A stretch of 50,345 nucleotides of DNA, taken from positions 1 through 50,345 of the forward strand of contig NZ_JBASZT010000336.1 of assembly GCF_049661145.1 (NCBI RefSeq), given 5' to 3'. This DNA comes from Microbacterium sp. (lineage in GTDB: Bacteria; Actinomycetota; Actinomycetes; Actinomycetales; Microbacteriaceae). The translations under genes were made by a program, and so were the position numbers. The notes below the pieces were generated by a model that saw nothing but the letters and a program-made list of their open reading frames with translations, was not told the origin of the DNA and did no database searches. This document shows positions 10,332-20,656 of this stretch, in pieces (positions within the stretch are counted from its first letter, which is position 1; each line of letters starts with the position of its first letter).

Positions 10332-11878
10332 CGTTTCGGGTCTCCGATCCTCTCCAGCGGGTTGGCGAAGAAGCCGGACAGCGGAGGCCACAACGCCTCG
10401 AACTCGGGGGTCGGCGTCCATGACGCCCTGCTGCCGTCGCGCACGAAGGTGAACTCCCACTGGCCCGTGCAATCGTCGGTCCCATCCTCGTGCATGGACA
10501 GCCGGTCGTCGTTGATCGCATAGCTGCCCTGGCATGACCGGCCGTGCGGTTCGACGAACACGAACGTGGCATCGGTGTTGAGGACGAACGTCCACGCTCC
10601 CTGGTTCAGCGCGGCTTCTTGCTGACTTCCGCCTGCCCCTGTAAGGCCCTCCGCCGACACGTCGAGTCGCCATGCGCCGGCGAGGGCGGTCTGATCACCA
10701 CTGGGGCGGACCGTCGGCAGCGCGTCGGCACTCACCTGTGAACACGGCTCCGGGTGATCGACCGAGGGGTGCTGCTGCACGAGCTCGCGAGCCCGAGCGA
10801 TTGCAGCCTTCGTCACGGGATCAGCGGACTCTAGTTGCGTGACCACGGGTTGCACGGACTGTCGCCAGGCGGTGAGTTGCGCCTGGTCCGCGACGGCGAC
10901 GTCGCCGATGTGCAGATCGCAGAACGCACGAGCGCCCGCGGCGAGTGAGACGGTTTCATCGGTCGACCAGTCCCGCGTCGCCTCCGCGGCTCTGCGCAGC
11001 GCGTCTTGCTGCGCAGTAGTCAACCCTGCCCACACCTGCGCGTTGACGATGATCACGTTCGCCTTCACGGACAACTGCACGTTGGCGGTGATCGTGGACG
11101 GTGTTCCGCTGCTCCCGTTCTGGAATCCCGACGGCCGATCGACCGAACTCACCGACGCCGACACCTCGCCTGTGTCGATCGCCTGCCCTGCATCGTCGCC
11201 GTTGCGGGAGTCGGGAATGGCGCCAAGGGCGGTGATGACGTCCGCGGTTGCCTGGCTGGGACGGACGAGAACACGGGCACCGCTCAGATCCGACGGCTCC
11301 AGGACCGGCGCCGCGAATCCGAGCACCTGGGCCAGCTGGTCATAGGTGAGTGCGAGCCCGACCACGCCCGCGTCCTTCAGACCGTCGAGCATCTGATTCG
11401 TCACGGGATCGGCGAGAAACTGTGCCGCCTGGGCAGGGGACTCGAATACCAGCGGCGCGTTGAGTGCCTGGAGGCTCGTTGCACCCTCCAGATCGAAAGT
11501 CCGCGCGGCGACTATGCCGACATCAGCAGCTCCGTCGCGCACCATGTCTATCACCTCGCTCGATCCGTCCTCTGCGCCGGAGTAGACCGAGGGCCCCGGC
11601 TCCAGCGATACGCCGCCGCGGGACGCCTCCTTCGTTCTCGAAGCGAAATCCGTCAGGGTCTCGGAGGTCAGGCTGTTCGTGGTGTAGGCGACCGCGGTGA
11701 GTGCTAGCGGTGCCGCGTCGCCGCCCGACTTGTCCGGAGGCGGCGTCGTGCAGCCTGCCAGGAGGAGGGACACCAGGAGCGAGAGGGAGAGTGCTTTTCG
11801 GACCAGCTTTCCAGAGGCGCTGCCGCGCCGTGGGGGCAAGGAAATCTGGGTCATGTCACGAGACTTTCGCGTTAGCAT
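10328..11878 (-). CDS. DctP-like (TRAP) solute-binding lipoprotein with C-terminal extension
   Basis: Lipobox LLAGC, DMVRDGAADVGIV, LQALNAP and VWAGLTTAQQDALRRAA; ATG at 11878. Confidence 0.8.
   Translation of the reverse strand: MLTRKSRDMTQISLPPRRGSASGKLVRKALSLSLLVSLLLAGCTTPPPDKSGGDAAPLALTAVAYTTNSLTSETLTDFASRTKEASRGGVSLEPGPSVYSGAEDGSSEVIDMVRDGAADVGIVAARTFDLEGATSLQALNAPLVFESPAQAAQFLADPVTNQMLDGLKDAGVVGLALTYDQLAQVLGFAAPVLEPSDLSGARVLVRPSQATADVITALGAIPDSRNGDDAGQAIDTGEVSASVSSVDRPSGFQNGSSGTPSTITANVQLSVKANVIIVNAQVWAGLTTAQQDALRRAAEATRDWSTDETVSLAAGARAFCDLHIGDVAVADQAQLTAWRQSVQPVVTQLESADPVTKAAIARARELVQQHPSVDHPEPCSQVSADALPTVRPSGDQTALAGAWRLDVSAEGLTGAGGSQQEAALNQGAWTFVLNTDATFVFVEPHGRSCQGSYAINDDRLSMHEDGTDDCTGQWEFTFVRDGSRASWTPTPEFEALWPPLSGFFANPLERIGDPKR
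11803..11875 (+). repeat. 69-bp dispersed element, copy 2 (in-frame in the DctP signal region)
   Basis: CCAG-ctttccagaGGCGCTGCCGCGCCgtgggggcaaggaaatctgggtcatgtcacgagactttcgcg-TTAG. Confidence 0.85.
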
Positions 11879-11920
11879 GCCGAGCCTCCAAGATCTGTCG
11901 GACACCGTGTGCGGCCGACG

Positions 11921-13477
11921 CTACCCAGGAGCCGCGGGTGCGGCATCGGCGTCATCACGTGACCGAGCTACGCGGTGACGCGTACGGGGTATCACGATCT
12001 CCAGACGCGTTCCAAATGGCCCCGCCGACGTTGTGACTGTCCCGCCGGCAGCGGCGACTCGGTCGCGGAGCGCCGGAGTGACCGTGTGCGGCGTGGATCC
12101 GGCGCTCGTGCCGTCGTCTTCGATCGCGAGTCGGATCCGCTCCCCGGCCGGGCGCAGGCGAATCGTCCGCTGCGATCCGGGCGCGTGTTTGGCTGCGTTC
12201 GTGAGCGCCTCCGCCGCCGCGAACCACAGCGTGCGAGCGATCGTGTCGTCGACCTCCACGGGTTCGATGTCCACCATCGCGCCAAGCTCCTCGGCCATTC
12301 GCTTCAGCGCGATCGCCAGCGATCCGGCGCCCGAGAGCGGATCGAGCCCGACCGCCACCCGGGTGATGTCCTGCTCGGTGAGGGTGACGTGTTCCAGGAG
12401 CTCAGCGGAGGCGTTCGCCCGCTCGAGGCGGCGTTGCAGCACCGAGAGCGACGTGAGGGGGCCGGTACGGAGCGCATAGAGCAGCGCGGCGCGTTCTTGC
12501 TCCTCGACGTGCACCAACCGTCCGCGAAGCTCCTCCAGTTCGCGGACGCGATCGGCGACGGCGACCCGGCTGCGCACGTTGTCGGCCGCCAGTCGCAGAG
12601 CGTGGCCGACCGCGGACTGATGCCGAGCGGGTACGGGCCGCGACGAGACGAGGACGGCAGAGCGGTTGCGTGTTGGTGCGGCAGTGACCGGCGAGCCGTC
12701 GAGCCGAACCCATCGCCCAGGCGCCACGCGGATCGCCGCAAACGTCTGCGGATCTCCGGTGACACGCGCCAGCTGCGCGTCGAGGGATCTCAGCACATCG
12801 GTGCCGACGTCCAGCGCGGCGAGCCGTCGCAGTCCTGTCGCCGCGATCGATAGGGCGACCGTGCCACCGGCCAGTAGCGCCGCGTGACCTGTGAGAAGAA
12901 CCCAGGGCGCGACTTCCGCCGCCCACCATCGTGCCGCGGAGATGCCGACCAACGAGCCGCCCATCGCCAGCACAGCGACGAGGTAGGCGGACGCGGCTCC
13001 CGACGCGCGGTGCGGGAGGGATCGCCACGTCCAGGCGCCGTACGCGAGAACGGCCAGGCCGAGGCAGATCAGCGCGCCGCGCGATCCGCCGGTCATCGTC
13101 GTGGCCGCCGTAGCTGCCGTGAGCGCGAGGAGTGCCCATTCCCGGTATCCCCACGCCGTCCCGGACCCCAGGATCAGGGCAGCGATCAGGGGGATCAGGT
13201 ACGTCAGCGTCGCCCAGTTGAGCACGGGTGCGACGCCTGACAGATTCGGCGCGAACCAACAGATCGAGGTGATCACCAGCATGACGCCCGTGAGGCGGGT
13301 CCGTCGGGCAACCAGCGTCTGTGCCCCGGCGACCAGGAGGACGAGACCGGCCGTGATGTCGATGACGTCCGGATTGCGGCGGTGGACGAGCACCGGGATG
13401 CCGATCGCTGCGACGGCGACAAGAGCGCCCGCCAGCGGTAACGCACTCCCCACACTCATGCCACGCCGAGGTCGCAT
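11921..13477 (-). CDS. Membrane sensor kinase-like protein with HATPase N-box but no H-box
   Basis: ~7 TM segments, EALTNAAKHA and IEDDG; H-box position reads ERAALLYALRTGP; start may be 13459. Confidence 0.75.
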   Translation of the reverse strand: MRPRRGMSVGSALPLAGALVAVAAIGIPVLVHRRNPDVIDITAGLVLLVAGAQTLVARRTRLTGVMLVITSICWFAPNLSGVAPVLNWATLTYLIPLIAALILGSGTAWGYREWALLALTAATAATTMTGGSRGALICLGLAVLAYGAWTWRSLPHRASGAASAYLVAVLAMGGSLVGISAARWWAAEVAPWVLLTGHAALLAGGTVALSIAATGLRRLAALDVGTDVLRSLDAQLARVTGDPQTFAAIRVAPGRWVRLDGSPVTAAPTRNRSAVLVSSRPVPARHQSAVGHALRLAADNVRSRVAVADRVRELEELRGRLVHVEEQERAALLYALRTGPLTSLSVLQRRLERANASAELLEHVTLTEQDITRVAVGLDPLSGAGSLAIALKRMAEELGAMVDIEPVEVDDTIARTLWFAAAEALTNAAKHAPGSQRTIRLRPAGERIRLAIEDDGTSAGSTPHTVTPALRDRVAAAGGTVTTSAGPFGTRLEIVIPRTRHRVARSRDDADAAPAAPG

Positions 13478-13539
13478 GGTCGGATGGTAGCAAGGACGGC
13501 CGCCTCGGGCACCGTCCCGTCTGGCGCGGCTCGCAACGC

Positions 13540-13567
13540 CGCGGACTGAGCGCTACGCCGGGACGGC
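13540..13567 (+). repeat. Right 28-bp direct repeat of the signalling island
   Basis: CGCGGACTGAGCGCTACGCCGGGACGGC; contains the stop codon of the TIGR01777 gene. Confidence 0.8.
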
Positions 13568-14521
13568 GGCGGCCACGGCATCCTCGACCGTGGGATGGGC
13601 GAACGCGAAACCGGACGCCGTGAGCACCGTAGGCACGACGTGCGCGTCGCTCGTGAGCAAGCCCTCCGTCGCGTCGCGGCCGAGCACAAGCTTCAGTGCC
13701 CACTCCGGAGCGCGGGCGAGGTAGGGACGGTTCAGGTGCCGGGCGAGCGCGAAACCGAGGTCGTTCGCCGTCGCGCGCGCAGGTCCCGTGAGATTGACGG
13801 GCCCGACGAGGCCCGCATCGATGACGTGACGGATCGCCCGCACGTGATCGTCGAGCGCGATCCATGGCCACGCCTGCGTGCCGCGCCCGATCGGGCCTGA
13901 CACGCCGAGCCGCGTGAGCGTCAGCAGCGGCTTCAGAACACCTTCGGGGTGCACGATGGGCGCCGTCCGCAGCAGTGCCACGCGCGCCCGATCACCCGCG
14001 CCACGCCGCGCCGCGGTCTCCCACTCGCCGCACAGGTCGGCGAGGAACGACTCGCCACGCGGGGACTGCTCGGAAAGCTCGGCGCCGGGAGCCGATCCGT
14101 AGAAACCGACGGCGGATGCCGACACGAACGCGGGCGCATCCTCACCCAGACGCCGGACGGCCGCCGCGAGAGCCTGGGTGGGCGCGATCCGCGACCAGAT
14201 CAGGTCGTGCTTGTGGCGCTTCGTCCAAGGGAAGTGCCCGAGGCTCGCCCCGTTCAGCCCGACAACGGCACGCGCGCCGGCCAGGACGTCGGGGTGCAGC
14301 GGCGTGCGTCCCGGATCCCACGACACCTCGTCGGCGGTTTCTGTGGCGCGGCGCACGAGGCGCGTCACGCGGATCCCGTCGGCGCGCAACGACGCGACGA
14401 GCGCCCGGCCGATCAGACCCGACGCGCCCGCGACGACGACGCGACCCTCATCGGCGGGGACCGGCGGGGCGGGCGCACCGTCATCAGCCTCGCGCGCCCC
14501 GGCATCCGACTCGTCAGGCAA
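13553..14521 (-). CDS. TIGR01777-family NAD-dependent epimerase/oxidoreductase
   Basis: AGASGLIG, SASAVGFYG, FLADLCGEWE and GPVNLTGP motifs. Confidence 0.92.
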   Translation of the reverse strand: MPDESDAGAREADDGAPAPPVPADEGRVVVAGASGLIGRALVASLRADGIRVTRLVRRATETADEVSWDPGRTPLHPDVLAGARAVVGLNGASLGHFPWTKRHKHDLIWSRIAPTQALAAAVRRLGEDAPAFVSASAVGFYGSAPGAELSEQSPRGESFLADLCGEWETAARRGAGDRARVALLRTAPIVHPEGVLKPLLTLTRLGVSGPIGRGTQAWPWIALDDHVRAIRHVIDAGLVGPVNLTGPARATANDLGFALARHLNRPYLARAPEWALKLVLGRDATEGLLTSDAHVVPTVLTASGFAFAHPTVEDAVAAAVPA

Positions 14522-14939
14522 GCGTCGCCTCGAGCGTGATCTCGATCCCCTTCAGCGCGGCCGACACGGGGCATCCGGCCTTGGCCTCGTCGGCGATCCG
14601 TGCGAAGTCCTCCGCCGACAGACCCGGGACGACGGCGTTGACGTTCAGGTGCGATCCGGTGATGCCGGTGCCGGGGATGAAGGTGACGGATGCCGTGGTC
14701 TCGACGCTCTCGGGCGGGGTGCCGTTGCCAGTGAGGGCGTGCGAGAGCGCCATGCTGAAGCACGACGAGTGCGCCGCTGCCAGCAGCTCTTCGGGCGTTG
14801 TCACCGACGTCGACCCCTCGCTGCGAGCCTTCCAGTTGACCGCGAAGGGCCCCTGGTTCGAGCTCTCCAGCGCGATCTCGCCGGAGCCTTCCGTGAGGGA
14901 GCCCTTCCAGCTCGTGGTCGCTTCGCTCGTGACGCTCAT
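14514..14939 (-). CDS. osmC: OsmC family peroxiredoxin
   Basis: WKGSLTEGSG, TTPEELLAAAHSSCFSMAL and AKAGCPVS; ATG at 14939. Confidence 0.93.
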   Translation of the reverse strand: MSVTSEATTSWKGSLTEGSGEIALESSNQGPFAVNWKARSEGSTSVTTPEELLAAAHSSCFSMALSHALTGNGTPPESVETTASVTFIPGTGITGSHLNVNAVVPGLSAEDFARIADEAKAGCPVSAALKGIEITLEATLA

Positions 14940-15083
14940 GACAGTCCTCCCGGGTGTTCGGTGGGTGTGTGGTGGCGCGGCGGCGCGCCTGTCCACGAGC
15001 CTAGACGCGGCGACGCGGGGAGGGAACCGGGTGTCATGAGGTTCCCATCGTCGGGCAATCACGGGCCAACCGGTGCATTTCAG

Positions 15084-15102
15084 TGAGGTTAGCCTTACCA
15101 TA
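15084..15102. promoter_or_regulatory. IdeR/DtxR-type iron box upstream of the gltB-like gene
   Basis: TGAGGTTAGCCTTACCATA versus consensus TWAGGTTAGSCTAACCTWA; overlaps a TACCAT -10 candidate and ends 7 nt before the ATG at 15110. Confidence 0.7.
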
Positions 15103-15109
15103 TCTAGTC

Positions 15110-18100
15110 ATGACCCACCCCCGTTTCGGGCTGTACGACCCTCGCCTCGAGAAGAGCGACTGCGGCGTCGGCTTCATCACCCGCAAAGACGGAGTGCAGA
15201 GCCACGACGTGATCGACCGCGGCGATCAGGCGCTGTGCGCGATCCCGCACCGCGGCGGCATGTCGGCCGAGGGGGTAGGCGACGGCGCCGGGGTCAGCAT
15301 CGACCTGTCGGTCGCGTTCTTCCGTGCGCTGACCGGCGTCGAACTCGAGGGCGGTCGATTCGGCGTCGGCAACTTCTTCCTGCCAGACGATCCCGCACAA
15401 TGGACTCGTGCCCGCGGGCTCATCGACGACGCGTTGACCGCAGCCGGCTTGGAGACGTTGCTCGTCCGCGACGTGCCGGTGGATGCCGGTGCCGTCCGCC
15501 CCCGCGCCTTGGCGTACCAGCAGCCGATCGTGCAGTGGATCTTCCGACTCGACGCGACGGCGGAGACTGCTCACGAGCGTGCAGGAAGCGACCGCGACCG
15601 GATCGACAGTGCTGCGAACACGGTGCTGCTCGCGATCGAGGCGGAGGCGTACGCGGATCCGGACCTCGCGGGGCTCTATCCGCTCTCGTTCAGCGCGCGC
15701 ACGCAGGTGCTCAAAGGGCGGCTGAACGCGGGCGAGGTCATCTCCTACTTCACCGACCTGCGTGACCCGCGGCACGCGGTGCGTTCGCTCTACTTCCACA
15801 CGCGCTTCTCCACCAACACCGAACCGCACCCCACCATGGCTCAGCCGTTCCGGCTGATGGCGCACAACGGCGAGCTGAACACCGACCGCAAGAACCGCAT
15901 CTCCGACGAGGCGCTCGCAAGCTCCCGTCATCGGCGCATCGTGCGCCCGCCGGGGCAGTCCGACTCCAGCCGCCTCGACCAGACGCTGCAGAGCCGCGTG
16001 TTCGATGACGGTCTCGACCTCGTCGAAGCAGTCGTCTCGCTCATGCCGCCGGCGTGGGAGAACGACCGCTCGCTGAGCCCCGGCATCCGCGCCATGCTGG
16101 AGTACTTCTCGCTCTACGAGGAGAAGAACGACGGCCCCGCGGCGCTCATCTTCAGCGACGGCGACGTGATCGGCGCGCGCCTCGATCGCCTCGGCCTGCG
16201 GCCGCTGCGCACGGTGGAGACCGGCGAGTACCTCATGGTGTCGTCGGAGGCCGGCCAGGTCTCCTTCCCCGACGACGAGGTCATCCGGCGCGGGCGGATC
16301 GAGGCCGGCGGCATGCTGTACCACGACCATCGCAGCGGTCGCACGCTCCGCACGCGCGAGACGCTGGAGATGCTCGCAGCGCGACGCGACTATCCGGCGC
16401 TGCTGGAAGACGCCCGCGTCGAGCTCGACGCGCTGCCGGCGCCGCAGTTCCACCGCAGCACCACGACGCTCGGCTACGACGGCGACCTCACCCTCGCCGG
16501 CCGCTACGTCGCCTACTCGCTGAACCAGGAGAGCTTCCGGTTCATGATGGACCCCATGCTCGCCGACGGGTCGGAGCGCATCAGCGCGATGGGCTACGGC
16601 AACGCCATCAACGCGCTCTCCGATCAGGAGGGCGGCATGGCGAAGTACTTCTCGCAGCGCTTCGCCCAGGTCACCAACCCCCCGCTCGACTCCCTGCGCG
16701 AGGCCGACGGCATGAGTATGCGGGTGGCGCTCGGTGCGAAGCCCGACGGCGGCGCGCGGCGGCGCAGGCAGCTCGTGCTGTCGTCGCCGATCCTCGGGCA
16801 CCTCGACATGGTCCGCCTGCGCGAGCAGCAGGTCTCGCCGCTGCGCCGCTTCGACCTGTTGTTCGAGCCGTATCCGGAGGATGCCGACCGCAACGCCGGC
16901 TCGGTCGTCGCGGCCCTCGACGCCCTCTGCGACGACGTGGCGGCGTTCGCGCGCGAGGAGGGCGGCATCGCCCTGCTGTCGGATCGCGCGATCACCACGA
17001 CCCGCGCGCCGCTGCCGCTGCTCCTCGCGATCGCCGCGGTGAACCAGCGGCTCATCGACGACGGGTTGCGGCTGCGGGTCTCGCTCGTCGTCGAGAGCGG
17101 GCAGCTGCCGTCGTCGCACCACATCGCCGCCGCGCTGGGCTTCGGGGCCTCGGCGGTCTACAGCGTGAGCGCGCGGTTGCGCGCGGAGGAGAAGTACCCC
17201 TCGGCGTCCGCCCCCGCGGGCGAGTACACCGACACCGATCGCGCGTTCGCGCGGTTCCGCAAGGCGGCGGAGAAGTCGCTGGGCAAGACGATGGGCCGGG
17301 TCGGCCTGTGCACCGTCGAGAGCTACATCGGCGGCGAGTTCTTCGAACCCAACTACCTCGACACGAGCGACCCCGTGCTTGCGCGCTGCTTCCCCCACAT
17401 GGCGGCGCCGGTGGGCGGCGTCGGCTTCTCGCGCATCGCGGCCGCCGCGGCGTCGTGGCACGCGCGCGGATGCGTCGTCTCCACCGAGTCGCAGGTGCCG
17501 CTGCTCGGGCTGTTCAAGGAGCGGTCGGAAGGCGCGGGCCACTCGTTCGGCACCGCGGCGGTGCGCGGCTTCGCCGGCATGACCGAGGAGCCGCACGTGT
17601 TCGCCGGGGACGATGCCGCCGACGCCGATGACACCCCGCTCGGCCGTCTCACCCTCGGTCAGCTCGATGATGCCTTCGGACTCACCGACGAGGCCTACGT
17701 CCACACCGGGCTCTCGGCGCTGACCGAGGCGCAGATCGACGCGTTCGGCATGACGCCCGGCTATCGTGCCTTTCTCGAGTCGACCCGCGCTGAGCGAGCG
17801 GGGCGCCCGTCCGCCCTCCGCGACGTGCTGGCGCTGCCCGCGGATGTCGCGGGACTGCGCACGGCCGAAGAGTTCCACCGAGAGCTCGCGCGCTTTTCTA
17901 CGACCGGCAACGCGAGCATCCTCGTGCGGGGCCTCGAGGTGCGCCACTTCGGCGGCGGACGTCACCGTGTGCGATTCACGGATGCCGCCGCGGCGACCCG
18001 CGAGCGCTATCGTGCGTTCGCGGAGTTCGTCGCAGCCCTCGTGCCCGGCGGCCTCGGTGCATGGAGCGTGGACGACGAGGGGCTCGACCTCACCGCACAC

Positions 18101-20656
18101 GGCCCGGCGGGGGATCTGCTCGACCTGCTCGAGCCGGCGCCGGCGAGCATCCCCGTGTCAAGTGTGCAGCCGGCGCACGAGATCACCCGCCGCCTCGCCT
18201 CGGGCGCGATGAGCCACGGCGCACTCGTCGCCGCCGCGCACGAGGCCGTCGCCCACGGAACCAACATGGTCGGCGGCATGTCGAACTGCGGTGAGGGCGG
18301 CGAGCACCTCTCCCGCTACGGCACGATCCGCGGGTCGCGCATCAAGCAGTTCGCGTCAGGACGCTTCGGCATCTGGGTCGGCTACCTCGCTGACCCCATG
18401 CTCGAAGAGCTGGAGATCAAGATCGGTCAGGGCGCCAAGCCCGGCGAGGGCGGGCAGCTGCCCGCGCCGAAGGTCACGGTCGACATCGCCGCCGCACGCG
18501 GCGGTACGCCCGGCGTCGAGTTGATCTCCCCGCCGCCGCATCACGACACGTACTCGATCGAAGACCTGGCCCAGCTCATCCACGACTGCAAGGCCGCCCG
18601 CGTGCGGGTCGTCGTCAAGCTCGTCTCTTCAGAAGGGATCGGCACGATCGCGGTCGGCGTCGCGAAAGCCGGCGCCGATGTCATCAACGTCGCCGGCAAC
18701 ACCGGCGGCACCGGAGCGGCGGCCGTCACGAGTCTCAAGTACGCCGGTCGCTCTGCCGAGATCGGCATCGCCGAGGTGCACCAGGCGCTCGTCGCGAACG
18801 GCCTGCGCGACAAGGTCGTGCTGCGCTGCTCGGGCGCCCACCAGACCGGCGGCGACGTCGTCATGTCGGCGCTGCTGGGCGGCGACAGCTTCGAGTTCGG
18901 CACCACCGCGCTCATGATGCTCAAGTGCGTCATGGCGAAGAACTGCAACATCAAGTGCCCTGCCGGGCTCACCACCAACGCCGAGGCGTTCGACGGCGAC
19001 CCTCGCGCGCTCGCGCAGTACCTCCTCAACATCGCGCACGACGTCCGTGAGATCCTCGCGCGCCTGGGGCTGCGGTCGCTGCACGAGGCGCGCGGCCGAT
19101 CCGATCTCGCGCAGCTGCTCGATCACCCCGCGAGCGTCGGGCGCCTTGATGTGCGCGCCATGCTCGCGCGCGTGCCCGAGCGCCACGTCCCCGACCCGGT
19201 GTTCCTGGAGAAGCACTTCGCGGTCGACGATGCGCTCATCCGGGACGTGCGGGCCGCGCTCGTCGACCGGGGCGAGGCGAGCGTCGAACTCGACGCCGGG
19301 CGGCTGCGCAACAGCGACAAGACCGTCGGCGGGCAGCTCTCGATCGACGTCGAGCGACTGCTGAATCACGAACTCGATCGAGGGGTGCGAGCGGCGCTTC
19401 CGGCCGTGCACACCGACGAACGCGGCCGGAGCAGGCTCGCTGACAGCGCTGTGCGCATCGTCTCCCACGGCTCTGCGGGCCAGTCGTATGGCGCGTTCTG
19501 CAACGACGGCATCGAGCTCGTCCACACCGGCACCGCGAACGACGGCGTCGGCAAGAGCCAGTGCGGTGGCCGCATCGTCGTGCGCACACCGGGCGGCGGA
19601 AGCCCGACGCCGGGCGGCAACGTGCTCATCGGCAACTTCGCGCTGTTCGGCGCGACCGGCGGCCGCACCTTCGTCGAGGGCGAGGCGGGCGACCGGTTCG
19701 CGGTGCGCAACTCCGGCGCGACGGCGGTGGTCGAGGGCATCGGAGACTTCGGCTGCGAGTACATGACCAACGGCGCGGTGCTCAACCTCGGCTCGGCGGG
19801 CAAAGGCCTCGGCAACGGTATGAGCGGCGGGTTCCTCTACCAGTACGACCCGGACGGCACGATCGCGGGTCGGGTCAGCGCCGACTCGCTGCTCGTGTTC
19901 CCGCTCACCGATCGCGAGCACGGCGCGTTCCACGAGCAGGCCGTGCTGCTGCTGCTCGGCTGGCATCGGGATGCCACCGGGTCCCCACTCGCGGCGCGCC
20001 TGCTCGCGGAGTGGGAGACGACCAGGCAGCACATCTTCTGCGGCATGCCGCGTGCGCTGCTGCTCACGCAGGACGCCGACGCGATCCTCGCAGCCTCGTC
20101 GCGCAAGCACCTGCTCGACGAGCTGGCGACATCGGTGGCGACCGAGAAGCTGCGCTCCTTCAAGCGCCACTATCGTGAGGGCCGTCCCGTGCTGGGCGGC
20201 CGGGTGCCGCTGGAGCCCGCCGTCGATCGGTTCGGGTTGCTCTCCTCGTACACGGTGCTCGTCATCGCCCATGACCTCGCGCAGCGGCGGGTGCCCGGCG
20301 CGACCGGTCCCGACGACGCGCGCGTGCACGATGCCGCCCGCAAGCTCGTGCTCACCGAGGACTTCTTCGTCATGCAGAAAGTGATGAAGTACCTCCGCGA
20401 CCGGCTCGATCCGCTGGACGATGCCGAGCTGGCGACCCTCATCTCCGCCCGGCGGCTCGCCGACTACACGCGTTCGCTCGAGCTGCGCAACGTGCGCGGC
20501 ATGGACGCGCCCGGCACCTACGGGTGGATTCTGCACCAGCAGATCAAGAACCTCGCGCGCACCGACGCCGCGCGCTTCGACGAGCTGCTCGCCGAGTCTG
20601 CCCTCGACGACCTCGCCGCCGGTGCGGCGAAGCTGCTGGCAGGAGTACCGTCGTGA
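15110..20656 (+). CDS. Glutamate synthase large subunit-like protein (divergent, ~1848 aa)
   Basis: DCGVGF N-terminal nucleophile Cys, [42 protein letters not shown], Cx5Cx3CP and GXGXG domain. Confidence 0.9.
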   Translation: MTHPRFGLYDPRLEKSDCGVGFITRKDGVQSHDVIDRGDQALCAIPHRGGMSAEGVGDGAGVSIDLSVAFFRALTGVELEGGRFGVGNFFLPDDPAQWTRARGLIDDALTAAGLETLLVRDVPVDAGAVRPRALAYQQPIVQWIFRLDATAETAHERAGSDRDRIDSAANTVLLAIEAEAYADPDLAGLYPLSFSARTQVLKGRLNAGEVISYFTDLRDPRHAVRSLYFHTRFSTNTEPHPTMAQPFRLMAHNGELNTDRKNRISDEALASSRHRRIVRPPGQSDSSRLDQTLQSRVFDDGLDLVEAVVSLMPPAWENDRSLSPGIRAMLEYFSLYEEKNDGPAALIFSDGDVIGARLDRLGLRPLRTVETGEYLMVSSEAGQVSFPDDEVIRRGRIEAGGMLYHDHRSGRTLRTRETLEMLAARRDYPALLEDARVELDALPAPQFHRSTTTLGYDGDLTLAGRYVAYSLNQESFRFMMDPMLADGSERISAMGYGNAINALSDQEGGMAKYFSQRFAQVTNPPLDSLREADGMSMRVALGAKPDGGARRRRQLVLSSPILGHLDMVRLREQQVSPLRRFDLLFEPYPEDADRNAGSVVAALDALCDDVAAFAREEGGIALLSDRAITTTRAPLPLLLAIAAVNQRLIDDGLRLRVSLVVESGQLPSSHHIAAALGFGASAVYSVSARLRAEEKYPSASAPAGEYTDTDRAFARFRKAAEKSLGKTMGRVGLCTVESYIGGEFFEPNYLDTSDPVLARCFPHMAAPVGGVGFSRIAAAAASWHARGCVVSTESQVPLLGLFKERSEGAGHSFGTAAVRGFAGMTEEPHVFAGDDAADADDTPLGRLTLGQLDDAFGLTDEAYVHTGLSALTEAQIDAFGMTPGYRAFLESTRAERAGRPSALRDVLALPADVAGLRTAEEFHRELARFSTTGNASILVRGLEVRHFGGGRHRVRFTDAAAATRERYRAFAEFVAALVPGGLGAWSVDDEGLDLTAHGPAGDLLDLLEPAPASIPVSSVQPAHEITRRLASGAMSHGALVAAAHEAVAHGTNMVGGMSNCGEGGEHLSRYGTIRGSRIKQFASGRFGIWVGYLADPMLEELEIKIGQGAKPGEGGQLPAPKVTVDIAAARGGTPGVELISPPPHHDTYSIEDLAQLIHDCKAARVRVVVKLVSSEGIGTIAVGVAKAGADVINVAGNTGGTGAAAVTSLKYAGRSAEIGIAEVHQALVANGLRDKVVLRCSGAHQTGGDVVMSALLGGDSFEFGTTALMMLKCVMAKNCNIKCPAGLTTNAEAFDGDPRALAQYLLNIAHDVREILARLGLRSLHEARGRSDLAQLLDHPASVGRLDVRAMLARVPERHVPDPVFLEKHFAVDDALIRDVRAALVDRGEASVELDAGRLRNSDKTVGGQLSIDVERLLNHELDRGVRAALPAVHTDERGRSRLADSAVRIVSHGSAGQSYGAFCNDGIELVHTGTANDGVGKSQCGGRIVVRTPGGGSPTPGGNVLIGNFALFGATGGRTFVEGEAGDRFAVRNSGATAVVEGIGDFGCEYMTNGAVLNLGSAGKGLGNGMSGGFLYQYDPDGTIAGRVSADSLLVFPLTDREHGAFHEQAVLLLLGWHRDATGSPLAARLLAEWETTRQHIFCGMPRALLLTQDADAILAASSRKHLLDELATSVATEKLRSFKRHYREGRPVLGGRVPLEPAVDRFGLLSSYTVLVIAHDLAQRRVPGATGPDDARVHDAARKLVLTEDFFVMQKVMKYLRDRLDPLDDAELATLISARRLADYTRSLELRNVRGMDAPGTYGWILHQQIKNLARTDAARFDELLAESALDDLAAGAAKLLAGVPS

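Noticed and set aside
11803..11878. 69-bp element as an integron attC site (GTTAGC near an end)
   Set aside because: No paired RYYYAAC/GTTRRRY ends, the GTT position is inconsistent between copies, copies are intragenic, and there is no integrase
15104..18100. Long antisense ORFs (998 aa here; also 31776-34361, 29498-31960, 35658-37745)
   Set aside because: Shadow frames of well-supported genes in high-GC DNA, with no recognisable motifs
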